From positions 195,486,001-195,550,000 of the forward strand of contig OZ024740.1 in the NCBI GenBank assembly GCA_964016885.1: 64,000 nucleotides of DNA, given 5' to 3'. This DNA is from Eledone cirrhosa (Eukaryota). Of this stretch, positions 25,376 to 39,750 are shown in pieces. A program made the translations under genes and the position numbers. Numbering within the stretch: position 1 is the stretch's first letter; each line of letters begins with the position of its first letter. The notes below the pieces were generated by a model. That model ran no database searches and was not told the origin of the DNA. It saw only the letters and a list, made by a program, of their open reading frames with translations.

Positions 25376-26143
25376 ATATAATATATAATATAGTATATAA
25401 TATATAATATATAGATGGACAGATAGATATTTTTTTTTTTTATTTAGAATTTGCTAATATTTATCAACATGCTAATTTTGATTTTAACTTTTGCTTTCAT
25501 TCATTGTTGTTTTTGTTTTTGTTTTATTTTCTATAACATCCTCTTTGTTTGTTTCATTTTGTTCTTATTGGTTCTTTCCTTCCTTTTTTGTTTTCACTCG
25601 TTTTAAATTCACACAACAATCGCCCCTGGGTGTGTATGATGTATATAAGGTGAACAAGATAAAAATGTATTTCAATTTCAATTTCTTAACTTATGGTAAT
25701 GAGACCAGACCAACTGGAAGGTAATTTTTCTAGCTGCAACTATAACAGCAAATATATGCCTCAATTTTACATTGGTTTTATTTTGTTGTTGTCTTTGTTG
25801 TTGCTGCTGCTGTTCCTGTTGTTGTTGTTGTTGTTCATGTTTAATAGCCATCATATAATTTATTTCAATATCTCTTCTTTAATTAATATGGTTTCTATAA
25901 TTGTTCTTATATAAGCAGCAATATGGTAGTGATTTAGCAGTTATTACAATGTTGGATAAAATACCTTGTATTTTTTTTTTCTGGCTCTCTGTGCTCTCAG
26001 TAAAATTTCCATTGAAGTCAAGTTAGCCTTTCATTCCTTCAAGGTCAATAAATACAGTACCAATCCAAGGGTAGTGGACTGGCAGAATTGTCAAAGCCTA
26101 ACCCATGCTAGCGTGGAAGGTAGACGTTAATCAATTATGATGA

Positions 26144-26535
26144 TAATTGTTTCTACTTTTGGCACAAGGCCAGCAATTATCCCAGTGTATTACTGGTACT
26201 TTATTTTATCGACCCCGTAAGGATGAAAGGCAAAGTTAACCTCAGCGGGATTTGAACTCAGACCATAAAGGGCCGTAATTCTTTGCTGCAAAGCATGGTG
26301 TCCGACCCTCTACTGATACTGCCAATCCACCGCCCTACATCAATTATGATAATTGTTTCTACTTTTGGCACAAGGCCAACAATTACCCAGTGCATTACTG
26401 GTACTTTATTTTATCGACCCCGTAAGGATGAAAGGCAAAGTTAACCTCGATGGGATTTGAACTCAGAATGGCAAGGACTGTAACTCTATGCGTCAAAGCA
26501 TGGCGTCTGACCCTCTACCGATACTGCCAATCCAC
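26144..26535 (-). mobile_element. Two tandem copies of SINE family 1
   Basis: 26144-26337 and 26350-26535 both match 28992-29176; caattatgat is repeated at the junctions. Confidence 0.85.
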
Positions 26536-28190
26536 GATGATAATGATTGAATGCTTGAGTCAGTGCATTCTGAGGTCAAATCTTGCCTCTTGTCACTAAA
26601 AACATAGTGACACTCCTACCAAAATTAGAGACTTACAGATAGTAGCAACAATGGAAACATGGTTTCCTTGGTATGGTCTGAAAATTTTGCTTCTTTCTTT
26701 TTCTTACTTATATATTCAGTAGTGTGTGTGATCTGGTTGCTATCTTTAGCTAGGTGAATACCACATTGATGCCTCATGTATAATAGAGTGTGAACAACTG
26801 ACCAAGAAGTTGACAGTCCATATCTTTATTTTTAACATGGTGTTGTGTCAGTGGTGAAGTTATTTAACTACTAGTGATACAGTCAACTTACTTAGCTCTA
26901 AGTAGGTGTCTAAAAAATGCTGGTATGATTTTCAAGTATACTGTTAATGTGGTATAGTAAATAAATATATACACAGCAGTATAGCAGTGAGTTAGTAGAT
27001 TTGTTAGAAAGTCATGTAAAATACCTTGTGGTATTTCTTCCAGCTCTCTACAACCTGAGTTCAAATCCTGTTGATGTCAACTTTTTTTCGAGGTCGATAA
27101 ACAGAGTACCAGTCCAAGATAGTAGATTGGTAGAATTGCTAGAGCATCGGACAAGATTTCTTATGGTGTTTCTTCTGGTTCTTTGAATTCTGATGGCAAT
27201 GCCTACAATAATACTGGTGCCAATCTGTGTATGTCCTTGCCTTTTCTTTGGATATCATTAGGGGGAATGAAAAGGAGATTGTCATGCATTGGAAATTGAA
27301 AAGAGAGAGGGGGGGTTGTAATGATTGACAAGCCAAATTGCCGTCATACAAATGACAATATACATTTCCGCTCATGCTAGGAAAATAATGGGACAGAAAA
27401 CAAAAAAAAGAAGACCGAAAGAGAAAAAGAAAACACTTCCATGTCCAATTATTTCTTAGCTCTTATTTCTCACAGAAGATTGTCATTTAGAAATAGTAAC
27501 AGACAAGCAAGGAAAATGGATGCTAAATGGTGGTGGTGGTGGTGGTGATGGTGATGATGATGGTGATGATGATGAGGAAGCGGAGGAGTTTAAACAGAAC
27601 AAGGCAGCATGAACAACAAAAGAAGAAATACCAAAAAAAATATTTTACTAATGTTGAGAACTAAGATATTAATATTAGTTGATTATTTTGGACAAAAATA
27701 CAAAAGAGGTTGAAAAAAAAACTCATTCTTCATTACTATTTCAGTAGTGCATGATTTTCCAATTATGGTATCATTACTATTTCTGCAGGTAGCATGCTAA
27801 TTAAGGTATTATTGAACAAGGAAGTAAAATGGAGAAAATAAACTTGTATTGTATTTTTCAGAGAAGCTAACAAGTCGAAATTAAAGGAGAGGCATGTTAG
27901 GTATTAATTAGCTGATTTGGGGGTGACATAAGTGTTTATGGCTTTGATGATAAAAGGTTTTTCGAGTTCAGTTTTATCAAAGAATTACCAGTTCCTAATT
28001 GGGAATTAAAAGAAGGAAATGTCATAAAAGTCTGCCAAAATTTAGTTTTCATAAACAATCAGCTAACATGGACATTAAAGGTACAAAAATAAATAAATAA
28101 ATAAATGAAACAAATGAATAAATAAAAGATCATGGGACTGTAAGTAATTTCTATTTATAATAGAGATGTTCGAAATACAGACATATTTAA

Positions 28191-28410
28191 CCCTTTAGCA
28201 TTTAAACTGGTCATATCCAGCCAGAATTCTGTCACCTCTTTCTGTTCAAACTGGCATAACCGGCTGCTCATACTTATGTTAAGGTATTGTTAAAAAAATA
28301 AATAACATCAAAATCTCGTAGATTCGATATTATGTGAAATAATTATGCTAGACAAAGCCTTTACCACAAAAATACAATAGTATATATAGAGTAATGTAAA
28401 TGCTAATGGG
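28191..28410 (+). mobile_element. piggyBac-type MITE
   Basis: ttaa-ccctttagcattta ... taaatgctaatggg-ttaa. Confidence 0.8.
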
Positions 28411-28991
28411 TTAAACCAATGAGTTGATTCTCTTGACAAATATTTCATAAATATGAATTAATTTTTCTTTTGAAAAGAAATGAGGCAAAATGAATGTGAA
28501 ATAAAAATAAAAAAAGACGGGGGGGGGGGGGGGGGTATAGAATCATAGACAATACTTACAATGATATACTTGGTGTGTGGCTTAGTGGTTAGAGCATTGG
28601 ATTCACAATTGTGCGGTTTTGAATTCAATTCCAAGACCAAGGTGATACGTTGTGTTCTTGAGCAAGACACTTTATTTCATGTTGCCCCAGTTCAGCCAGC
28701 TATAGAAATGGGTTGCAATGGCACTGGTGCAAAGCTATATCGGACAACACCAGTGGCATGGAGAGAGAAGACTGGTATGCATGGGCAATTGCTGGTCTTC
28801 AACAAAAACATTCTGCCTGGACTTTGCCTTAGAAAGGAAACTTTCTAGGTGCAAATCCCATGTCATTCGGGACCAAAGGGGAGAGGGGGTTTTATTTTTG
28901 TACTATGGAAATTATTTCAGACTACAAACAGATTGCAAACCAACATCTATTTCCACCTTCAAAAAGAAGTATCTACATTTTTAATAATAAT

Positions 28992-29183
28992 TGTTTCTAC
29001 TTTAGGCACAAGGCCAGCAATTATCCAGTGCATTACTGGTACTTTATTTTATCGACCCCGTAAGGATGAAAGGCAAAGTCAACCTCGGCGGGATTTGAAC
29101 TCAGATCGGAAAGGGACGTAACTATGCTGGAAAGCATGGCGTCCGACCCTCTACCGATACTGCCAATCCACCGCCCTTGTATG
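28992..29183 (-). mobile_element. Full-length SINE family 1 with 18-bp target-site duplication
   Basis: A box tggcagtatcgg, B box gagttcaaatccc, Deu/Nin-like gactttgcctttcatcc..ggtcgataaaataaagtacc; TSD tacatttttaataataat at 28974-28991 and 29184-29201. Confidence 0.9.
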
Positions 29184-29669
29184 TACATTTTTAATAATAA
29201 TGGTTTTCAATAATTTCAAGCAATATTCAATGAAAATGAAGAAATTTCAATTGTAGAGAACAGAATTCTTTTTACTGGTTTCAGTCATTGGACTGTAGCC
29301 ATGCTAGAACATACATCACCTTTAATGATATAGTTGATTATATCAACAACAATACCTAATTGGTACTTACTTATTTTATTGAGCTAGTAAAGGCAAAACA
29401 CAAAGTCAACCCTAACAGGATTTCAACCAAAAATGTAAGTTTTTGTTTTTGGTTGGTAGATCTAGAAGGATGGGCTATGCCTACTGCCTTCACAGACAAT
29501 ACATTACTGACTCACTAAGAAGAATATCATCTGAACCACCTTTTCATACCAAACCACCTGAAACTACCCTGGTTTTATGATACACATCTACTTATTTTAA
29601 AATGTTCATATCATTATCATCATTGTTTTAATGTCTGCATTCCCTGCTTACATGTGTTTGATGAATCTA

Positions 29670-29834
29670 CATAGACAAAGTGGGTTCCACAAAGGAGTGT
29701 CTGGGCTTCTGTGAAATAAGTAGAGGAGTATATTTATATTATGACCATATAACAGTATTAGACTTTGGGGTTCCCTCAAAAGTTTCTGAACCAAAAAGAG
29801 TGGTTCCACATTTGAAAAAGTTTAGGAAACCCTG
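29670..29834. mobile_element. hAT (Charlie-like) right-end fragment
   Basis: Repeated ggttcc subterminal motifs and aaaaagtttaggaaaccctg terminus. Confidence 0.5.
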
Positions 29835-31574
29835 GACTAAATAGTATTTCTCTTTTTTTTTTGGGGGGGGGGGGGCAGTTTCTAGAGAAGCAGAATGGAT
29901 TCTATATGTGATTCATTCATGTGGCTATAAAAAAACTACACCCATTACTTGCAATCGAGTATGACTTGGTAGTATGGACCATACTTTTACTATGGGTTTT
30001 AAGTGCCCATGCCCATGCAGTCGCAAGCAGACTAAGAGAACTTCTCAATGCTCCCTCCCTACATCCAGCAGAACATTCAAAAAGTAAAGAATGTTGCAAC
30101 TTTCTTTATCGACCCTAAAAGGATGAAAGGCAAAGTCAACCTCAGCAAGATTTGAATTCATAACACTAAATTCCACATGGTAAAAGTGGTTGGTGTTAAG
30201 GAAGGGCATCCAGCTGTAAAATACCCTGCCAAATTTACAGTCCTCGTCGGAGCAAGGTACGGCATGGCCAACTCTGGCCAGATTAGCCTCCCAGTATGGA
30301 TGGCCCATCTAACCCATGTAAGCATGGAAAAATGGATGCTCAACGGTGATGATGATGATGACTCAGAACAAAATATCCAACATTGTAGCAAGTCTACCAA
30401 GATCAAGAAAACTATAATCAAAAAGAGTATGAAGGAGAAAGAATACTACCAAAAAGCTATTGACAGTGTTAGCCACACATGGCTCCTTGGAAACATGAGC
30501 TATGAGTTAAGGTAGCACTAATAATTAACAGATACTTTAGACATTGTCATGAAGTAAATAGCAAACAATTCTGCAGATACAGACAAAAACGAAATTATTT
30601 TTAAAAAAAATAAAATCCTATCACCATTAGAAGAATGCTTTTGATCATATATGTCTGCTCAACCAGGTCTGACCTGGGGGTCAAACAACAACAACAGCGA
30701 CAACCTCAAAGCTTTACAAGAGGAAAAAAATGCAAATAAACAATTTGCTATTCTGTAACTAGCAACAAGCCATAGAACGTAATTGAAGGATTGTATATTC
30801 ATAAGAATTCAAATAACTTGCTGTGAAATGTGAAACAACAAAACCATCAACACAAGCAACAACAACAACAACAACAGTAATACCAACAGAGTTTTTAAAA
30901 AATGAATGAAACAAGCCTACAAGAATAGGAAATGAAATATAACTTAATAAAACTTTAGAGAAAACATTTTCTTTTAGTCTTAGCTTTAGTTAGTGTTTAT
31001 TTTATTCTATGTAGTTATTGTTAGATATTTTATTTTTATGCCATTTATTTATTAACATTTTCCCTAATATTTCTATATTTATTAACATATTTATTTATTT
31101 GTTTACATGTGTCTTTGTTAATTCTTTATAAATTTCACAATAGCAAATGTTTGGGAAATACAATTGTTTACAAGGCTGGCAGTAAGCCTGTAGGCCGGCA
31201 GCCAGCTAATTTAATGCATATTTGGATATAAATTAAATAATAGAAATATGTTTCACCACCATGTGTACGTATATATGTACACATGTAATTTCATGCTGTT
31301 GTATTTCTGTATCATATTTTATATATTTTGTATAATGTTAATACTTGTGTTGTTTTTCTTCTCAGTCTACATCCCATGAATTCAGTTTACAAGTAATTAT
31401 ACAATTTCCACCTTTTCTACATGTCGAGGTGATATGTATCTATTGAATGAAGGAACTGACGTCAGACCATGAATGACTGAATATATATAGCTGAATAAAA
31501 CAATATCACTATAATCAATTTTAAAGCAGACATTCATTTGCCTGCTTTCATATGTTATTTATTTATGTTCTTTG

Positions 31575-31743
31575 CAGTATAGAGTTACGTCCCTTTACAC
31601 ACTGAGTCAAATCCCGCCAAAGTTAGCTTTGTCTTTCATCCTTATGGGGTTGATAAAATAAAACACCAATAATGCACTGGGGTCGATTTAATCGACTTTC
31701 CCCCTCCCGCCAAATTGCTGGCTTAGTGCCTACAGTAGAAATC
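31575..31743 (+). mobile_element. SINE family 1, 5'-truncated
   Basis: gagtcaaatcccgcc..tttcatccttatggggttgataaaataaaacacc..cctacagtagaaatc. Confidence 0.75.
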
Positions 31744-32489
31744 ATTTATTTATATATGTTTTCCTGCTAGAAAAGGAAGCCAAATTTTCTCAAATAATAC
31801 CTTTCCATCTTCAAAAAAATGATATATGTGGCAAATATATGGTCAAGTGGTCAGAGCACTGAACAATATGTTTTGCAGTATTTGTTCTAGCTCTCTGCAC
31901 TCCGAGTTCAAACCCCATCTTTGTCAACTTTCATCATTTTTGGGGTCACTAAATAAATACCAGTTCAGGGTGGTAGATTAGTGGAGTTGTAAAAGCACTG
32001 GATGAGATGCCTTGTGGTTTTGGCTCTTTACACTCTGGGTTCAAATTCTACCTGGGTGCTAATCAATGGTCATGACTCATCACCTGGCCATATGAGCACT
32101 CCATCCAACATGAAACTGACCAGTATAGACAAGCAGGCTTTCAAACAGCATAGATTAACCAAATAATGACAACTGAAACTTTAATTCAGCCATGGAGTCC
32201 TGAATATTTTGTCTGAAAATAAGATAAGATGGACTTTGAATTTTTGAGATTTTAAATAATTTTTGAATTCATAGAATGGAGCATCTCTCATAACTCTTCC
32301 GGTGTTGTTGGAGAACCAATAAAAAATATAACAAATTAGTCTTTTTCAACAGCACAAACACAAAATCAATATAAGGTCATTATGAAGTCTTTTCTGATTT
32401 TTAAACTTTAAATTCATATTACTTTAGCTTTATATTTGGTAAAATTAATCTAAAAAAAGGATAAATGAAAGAATTTATTACATTTTTAA

Positions 32490-32680
32490 ATAGATTTATT
32501 CTTGACAATATTCATTTTTAACATGTTCACTATCATTATGTATATAAACTGTGATGCAGTTTTGACATTTAAAAAATCTGTTTTGCAATTGCTTTTCAGT
32601 TATATCCTGAATCACATTAGTTATCCTAGTCTGCAATTCATCTATGGAATGGGGGTTAGTTGAATTAACAGTAATCATTG
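32490..32680 (-). mobile_element. Tc1/mariner-superfamily transposase C-terminal remnant
   Basis: NSTNPHSIDELQTRITNVIQDITEKQLQN..CI..N..EH matches the C-terminal helices of these transposases. Confidence 0.6.
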
Positions 32681-33229
32681 CATGTCTCGATAAAATAAAA
32701 TCGAAGTAATTATTACATTATTTTTGAAACATTGATAACCAGTTACAGTATTTTTTTTTTAATATTTGCCAAGGTCAATGCTGCTTTTCATACTTTTGAG
32801 GATCAATATATAAAGTATAAGTCAAAGGTGGTGGATTAACAGGGTTGTTAGAATGTCAGATGTGATGCACTGTGATATCTATTCTAGTTGTGTGCACTGA
32901 GTTCAAATTCCACCTACCATCTTTGGAAAAATTGTGATATGATAAGACTGAAAGCCTGGGCGCTCTATCATTAAATCACCAAAGAAACCTATAATTTGTA
33001 ACCTCCTGAAAGGTTAGAGAAACCTATGTAGGTAAGAGCCATAATAACAACAGCAATTCCATTTACTTAAGTTTAACCAAATGTTGTTAGCAAGGCTTTG
33101 CACTTAAAGTCTTCAAAGCTAGTCGAAACCATCTATGTGGTTCAGAATCCTGGATTATCAGTGCCGCTCACTCAAGAAGACTTGATGCTTTCTAACACCA
33201 AGTTATTACATGTATTTAGGGTTAGGCTC

Positions 33230-33555
33230 CTCAGTTAAGGAAATTGTTCGTTCTTGTGGCAAAATCACACTACCAACAAAGTTTTTATGGTGATCTGCCA
33301 TGAGTTTCATTGAAATTTGATCCTGTTGTTTGGCTCTTGCTGGTCATATTTCCTACCATGATGAACCTGCAGGGAAACTGCTTCTCTGGTCACCAGATGC
33401 AAAGTGCTAAGTAAGACATCCAAATATAACCAGCATGACTCAGTTGGAAAGGGGTAATGACCTCACTAGATGGGATCCTCTTGTTACAATCAGAGATTGG
33501 GAAGTCTGGAACAAGAACTTTGTGCATGCTTCAGCTTCAATGGAGGGATGATTCA
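33230..33555 (+). mobile_element. Old RTE-clade 3' remnant
   Basis: LAGHISYHDEPAGKLLLWSPD resembles the RLAGH..LLLW.P..GRP C-terminus. Confidence 0.55.
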
Positions 33556-34686
33556 AGAAGAGAAGTAAGTAAGGCCAACCAGTATGTAATTTAAGGCCTA
33601 TTTTAGTAATCAATATCACAGCTATTTTACTGTGCATGTGTTTCTTGGGTGAGCTTCAATGAAATAAAAACAATAGTGTTCTTTGTTCCTCTCTTTTTAG
33701 TGTTGTTAGTATCTTTCTGGAATGTTGCTGATGTGGCTTGATATTTATGAATGGTTGGATATACAGTAACAAGGGCTGCATGGCTGACTGGCTGGTTGGT
33801 TGGTTGGTCAGTTGGTTGGCATGAGGGGGGGGGGGGGACTGCAACCATAGAAATTTAGCTCTTTTCATGTATATATGATCACATGTAATCGATTGTTTAT
33901 TTCTTTCTTTGTTGTTTGTTCTATTGATTGTTCGATCAATTGATTGAGCATTCACCCTCTATGGCCATAATAATAATAATACATTCAGTCAAAGGATTAC
34001 AACTGCAGATATTACTATAATCTTTGCTAAACAATGAACTTATAACTGTTCTAACATTTAACTCTAAACAAGTCAACAAGAAAAGAAAAGAAAAACAATA
34101 AGAAAAACAAAAGGCAATTTCATCATACAAAACTTTCCCTCTTTCACTTCACAATAGCTTTTAGTCTTGGAGGCAAGAAGGCAATTTCATAATCATTGTT
34201 CTTCATCAAAAAACCTGAATTCACAGAATAAAGAGTCCTTAGTGTTAAGGAAACGGTTTTACTCTCTCTTTCTATATATCTCTTACTCTTTGCTCCACTG
34301 ATATCACCATCCCCACCACCATCACGACCACCTCTACTACATTACCATCAAAAGTACCATCATCCACTTCTTCATCACCACCATAGAATAAGGATGTAGA
34401 GAATTGAACAGAAAATTTGTTAGTGTGTGAAATCTCAAGTTATTTCAGCCAAACTTCACAGGCTGCTGAGCAAAGTAAGAAAATGTAATTACCGAGAAAG
34501 CTTTAAGATAGCTTTGAAACCAACTTGATGTAATGATATTTCTTCTTCTCTATTCTGCCTAACCAACATTTCTCACCCACTTTCACTTTAACACTCTCTC
34601 TCATTCATTCATTCATTTGCTCCAATGTACACAACACAATATATGTTATAGTTGTTTTTCTACTCTTCTTGATTTCTCTCTTCTAT

Positions 34687-34718
<32 letters not shown>

Positions 34719-35565
34719 TCTCTCTATATATATATATATGTATCTGTGAGTGTGTGTATGTGCATCTGTATATAACTTACTCTCTCCCATTCTCTCTTTT
34801 GTACACAACACGGTATACACTATAGTTTTACCTATCTCTCTCGCTAGTACTCAACATAGTATGTTGTGCTGCTGCTTCTGCTGCAAAGTGGTTTTTCAGT
34901 GCACTATGGCCAAATGGCATGATGGGCCAAGAATTTGAGAAGATAAAAGATGACAGCTTCACTAACGGCCGCTGGAAGGAACTGCAGTGGAAAACATATG
35001 ACATACGCAACCAAATGCAAAAATAACTCTGTGTATCTGAGTGGATTAAAAAAAAAAAGTGCAAGTCATGGGTGCAACGCAGGCTTAAAGCAATGGGAAG
35101 CAATGAAATAAATGAAATATTTAAAGGTTTCCACTGACATGAATGAGATGTCTCAACAGTTTTGAAAAGAGAGAAAGTGCTGCTGTAAGTCTTTCAAGAC
35201 CACAGCACCCGAGAGAAACATATTGATTGATTGATTGATAACCAGCATCTAAATCGTAACTATTCTAATTCTAAATATACAACTGTTTACAGGGAGTTAC
35301 AGTAAAGCCACAAAGATAAACAAGGTGTCAATGCATGTGTGTGCATAAATATATATAGAGAGACAGATACACATATATACACATACATATATACACACTA
35401 TATGTATATATAGTGTGTATATATGTATGTCTATATGTCTGTATATATTTATGCACATTATATATATATTATATATATATATATGTATATATATGTGTGT
35501 GTGTGTGTGTTATTAAATATGGTATGATGCAACACTGAATCCTTGTTCCTTATTGTAATTGCATA

Positions 35566-35623
<58 letters not shown>

Positions 35624-35642
35624 CACACAAACACACATATTT

Positions 35643-35673
<31 letters not shown>

Positions 35674-36035
35674 CATATGCAACCTCTACAGTGATCAATC
35701 ACAATTGAGTATGATTTAGTAGCATGTACCATACATCTGCTAAGGTTTTTCAGTGTCCATAAATCCAACTAGCAGCAAACACAGACACTATCTTGACCTT
35801 CACTTCCTTGACCCAGGGGAACTTCTGGAATGTGATAGCTTGAAGTGGAAAGAGGTGCACCACCACTGAGCTAGTACTTTCTTCATTGAGCCAAAAAGGA
35901 TGAAAGAGGATCTCAGCAAGATATGAAATCAGAATGCAGAAAGCTGAAACAAATACTAATGCTCTAATAACTCTTATCCGCATGTGGTTGATGGCAGAGA
36001 AAAAGGAGTACTCAATACCAAAGTAGAGTTTTAAT

Positions 36036-36193
36036 ATTCATTAATATTAAGATCTAAAAAGTGAGTCTTGCTACTCTGGAATTTACCTGTTTTTCATAGG
36101 GTCATCAGACAAGAACTTGTCTGATGACGCTATGATAAACAAGTGAAACAGCAGAGTATCAAGACTCACTTTTTAGCCTTAATATAAATGAAT
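36036..36193. ncRNA. Near-perfect fold-back of two head-to-head hammerhead units (36067-36113 minus; 36116-36163 plus)
   Basis: 78-bp arms around a 2-nt loop. Plus arm: cttgt CTGATGA cgct..aagt GAAA cagcagag TA tcaag. Minus arm has the better stems but has lost G12. Confidence 0.75.
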
Positions 36194-36951
36194 GAATGAA
36201 TGAATATATATATATTTGTCTATCTATCAATCCATCTCTGTCAGTCTCACACAGTCTTTTGTCCATCTCCTTATCACTATAGATATATACATCTATTTAA
36301 GAAGACAAATATGCTATCTGTAAGATTGCAAGTTTGTGCATGCACACACACTTTTCTGGATCAATCTTAAAATTATGTGGATAGTCTCAGTTGATTAAGC
36401 CTTTTGATACCAGACTGATCAAAACCAGTTCTGGTTCCATGAAATGAAACTACCTATTTTAAAGGGATTTATACTTCAATTATGTTAGTATCTTAATGAT
36501 GAAATAATTAGTAATTTCAGTAAATTCCTCAAAATCTTTCATTACTCAAGTAAAATAGTATTTCATTTGAAATATGGTCATAAAAGTGTGGAAAAGTTTC
36601 CACTTGCCATATATATAATATGCCAGACTTTATTTGTGGTACACAACATGTAGAATGCCTCACTCGGAAACTAATTAGGGCTACAGGATTCATAGTTGCA
36701 GTAGTTTTTTTTTAAATAGAAATAAATATATTTTGTTTGTATTTGTCATGACATTTTCACCCTAAATAAAGTGAAAGTCGTTTCAAATACAAACAAAATA
36801 TACTTATGCCCATCTAATGCAAATTAATTATATTTATATCCAAAACATAGTTTCCAATTGATTTTTTTTTTCTTTTCTTTTTGTGCACATTATGAATTTC
36901 TGATGTCCAAAATAAGAATATAAGAGGGAGGGTATAACAGAAACCCTAGAT

Positions 36952-37231
36952 CAGGCACGGGCAACCTTTTTCAAGAAGCGGGCCACATGAGATATGGCTC
37001 ATCATCAGGCAGGTTGCAAGTGCTAATTTACATTCATACCCACATTTTAAAAAAGGGCGGTAACTCAGGTTGTTTTGATTTGTTTCTTCAGAATTTGTAC
37101 ATGTTTTCCTCAATCGTAGAAATGATAGAAAGATAAATTACGACTGAAAAGTTGGGATAAAAAAAATCAGAAAGATTTCACTTAGGTGAGCCATTCAGAA
37201 AGCTTCGCAGGCTGCAGGTTGCCCATGACTG
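36952..37231. mobile_element. hAT MITE with 8-bp TSD
   Basis: TIR caggcacgggcaacct / aggttgcccatgactg; TSD CCCTAGAT at 36944-36951 and 37232-37239. Confidence 0.9.
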
Positions 37232-38184
37232 CCCTAGATGGTAGTAAAAAAAAGTCCATGCTAATACAAATAAATACTGTCAACTTGGCTCTAGATACAC
37301 TACATAGAAGTCCTCAGTTATATTTTCAGTGGTGCTACTATACCCTAAATCAAAGTTGATATAGGGCTAAATAGCATTTGATGCAATATGGTACGATTTG
37401 TTGAGAATTTGGGTATTTTATGTTTTACTTGAGTTCTCAGATAGCACATAGAAGATCACATTGTCCTCCACCGCCTCTCCTACTTTCATTTAACTCAGCT
37501 GTCTTTGTTGTTGCTGTTATAGTAGTCACTTGGCTCAAGGTCAAATGACTTCAAACTATGACCATCCTATTTTTATTTCAGAGACATAGTGAATGCTAAA
37601 CTGCATTAACCAATGTGTCCCTCATATTTTTAAGACAGTATTGAGTAGATTGGGGGAAATTTGGTTGCTATTTTTAGCTGATTAAGTGAGAACAAGAGAA
37701 AAAAAAAGACAGAAAACATGAAGCCGCAAAAGGAAAGTAACAATGATTATGCCAGTTTTCGGTTGTATGGAAGAGAGTACCTGTGTGTGTGTGTGTGTGA
37801 GCATGAGTGGACAAAAATATATTCAACAATTTATTCAGTTAATATAAAAATGTTTTGTTCTTTCTCTCTCTTCCATATGATCTCTCAACCATCCCCTTGT
37901 TAAGACTATTAAGATTGAACATAAGATGCAACTGTGGAAAAAAAATGCCTGCTCTGGCCGAAAATATTTGTTAAGCATGAAATCTTTCGGCACAGCATCA
38001 ATGATCAAGGTTCCTGCATGGCTTTGGCAATGGTGCCAAGTACAGTTGAATAAAAAATATCTCAAATTCTATGCCAGAATAGAAATATGAAGATGGAAGA
38101 GGAAGAGGAAGAAGAGAGAGGTGTGGTGGAGGAAGCAGCAAGGGGGGGGGGGAGTAATGACAATGACGATGACCATTATCATCA

Positions 38185-38373
38185 TGATCAGGATTATGAT
38201 GATAATGATCAGGATTATGATGATAATGGTCAGGATTATGATGATAATGATCAGGATTATGATGATAATGGTCAGGATTATGATGATAATGATCAGGATT
38301 ATGATGATAATGATCAGGATTATGATGATAATGGTCAGGATTATGATGATAATGGTCAGGATTATGATGATAA
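38185..38373. repeat. 21-bp minisatellite, about 9 units of g(a/g)tcaggattatgatgataat
   Basis: Direct tandem units; source of the QDYDDN/HHNPDHY ORFs. Confidence 0.95.
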
Positions 38374-39750
38374 TGATGGGATGATAATGTTGATAACGAT
38401 GATAATGATAATGATGAGAAAAATTGAAACGAGTAGGAAAAATAAGATTGTATATGTGAGCATGTTTGTGAGAGAGAGTGAGAGAGTGAGTGAGTGAGTG
38501 AGTGCATGCATGTTGGAAGGAGAAAGGAAAGAAGGAAGACAGGAAGGAAATGACAGAATAGGAAAGAAGCAACAGCACAGGAAGCAACATGAACAGCAAG
38601 ACAATGGTTGTATCTTGACCCAATAATTTGTTGGTGAACAAAACTTAGAACAAAGCAAACAAAAGCAGAAAAGACTTCTACCTGAATGGAAGATAAATTT
38701 CCAGAAATGTCATCATGACATGAAAACCCCAGTACTATTTTACTCATTTTTATTCTCTTAATAGTTTTAGTTATATTAGACCTCAGCCATGCTGGAACAG
38801 TGCATTAAAGGGATTTTTTTAGTTAATCATATCAAACACGGTACTTATTTTTTTAAAGTTTAAAGTTTGTCTCAAACCCAAAAGCTTATCAGGCAGGGAC
38901 TTATCCCAATTTCTGTGGTGTGAAATGACAGAGTACAAGACACTCACCTGGACAGGACACAAGTCCATTGCAAGGTTGAACCCCCAACTATTGCTGGTAC
39001 TCATTTTCAGCTAAGTATACTGGAGCAATATGAAATGAAGTGTTTTGCTGAAGAACACAACGCATAAATCAATCTGGGAATCAAACCCACATTATGATCG
39101 TAAGTCCAACAATCTTACCACTAGGCCACACAGCTTTTTTTAAAAAAGCCTGATACTTATTCTATTGGTGTCTTTGTCGAACAGTTCCATTATGAGATAT
39201 AAATACATCTGCAGCTTCTATTTACCAAATTACACTCACAAGCTGTGGCTGAAGGAGAAAAAAACTTGACCAGGTGCCACACAACAGAACTGAACATGGA
39301 AGTACGTGGTTACAAAGTGGACTCCTTAACCATACAGTCATGTCTGCACACAAAAAATGGTTAATCTCTTGGAATACCAGCCCATAAATCTTGTATTCAA
39401 ATTAAGTACACTTCAAATGATGGTTCAATATTAACCAACATACCCACCTATCTATCTGTACATATGTATATGTGTGTGTGTGCATGTGAGCGTGTGTATG
39501 CGTGTGTGCACGCGTGTCATCCTTTTAGGTTTGTTTTCCATGCTGGCATGCGTTGTGAATATACATATGTATGTGTGTGTATAAATATATATAAATGTAT
39601 ATATGTATGTAAATATATTGATATATATGCACACAGTTGAAAGTTAGAAGGTGTAAGACAAAGAAAAGATAGATATTATCATCATTTTTAGGTCCATATC
39701 TTAATGCTTGCATAACATCTTGGCTGTGTTTTGACTTTTGGCCATCTGGC

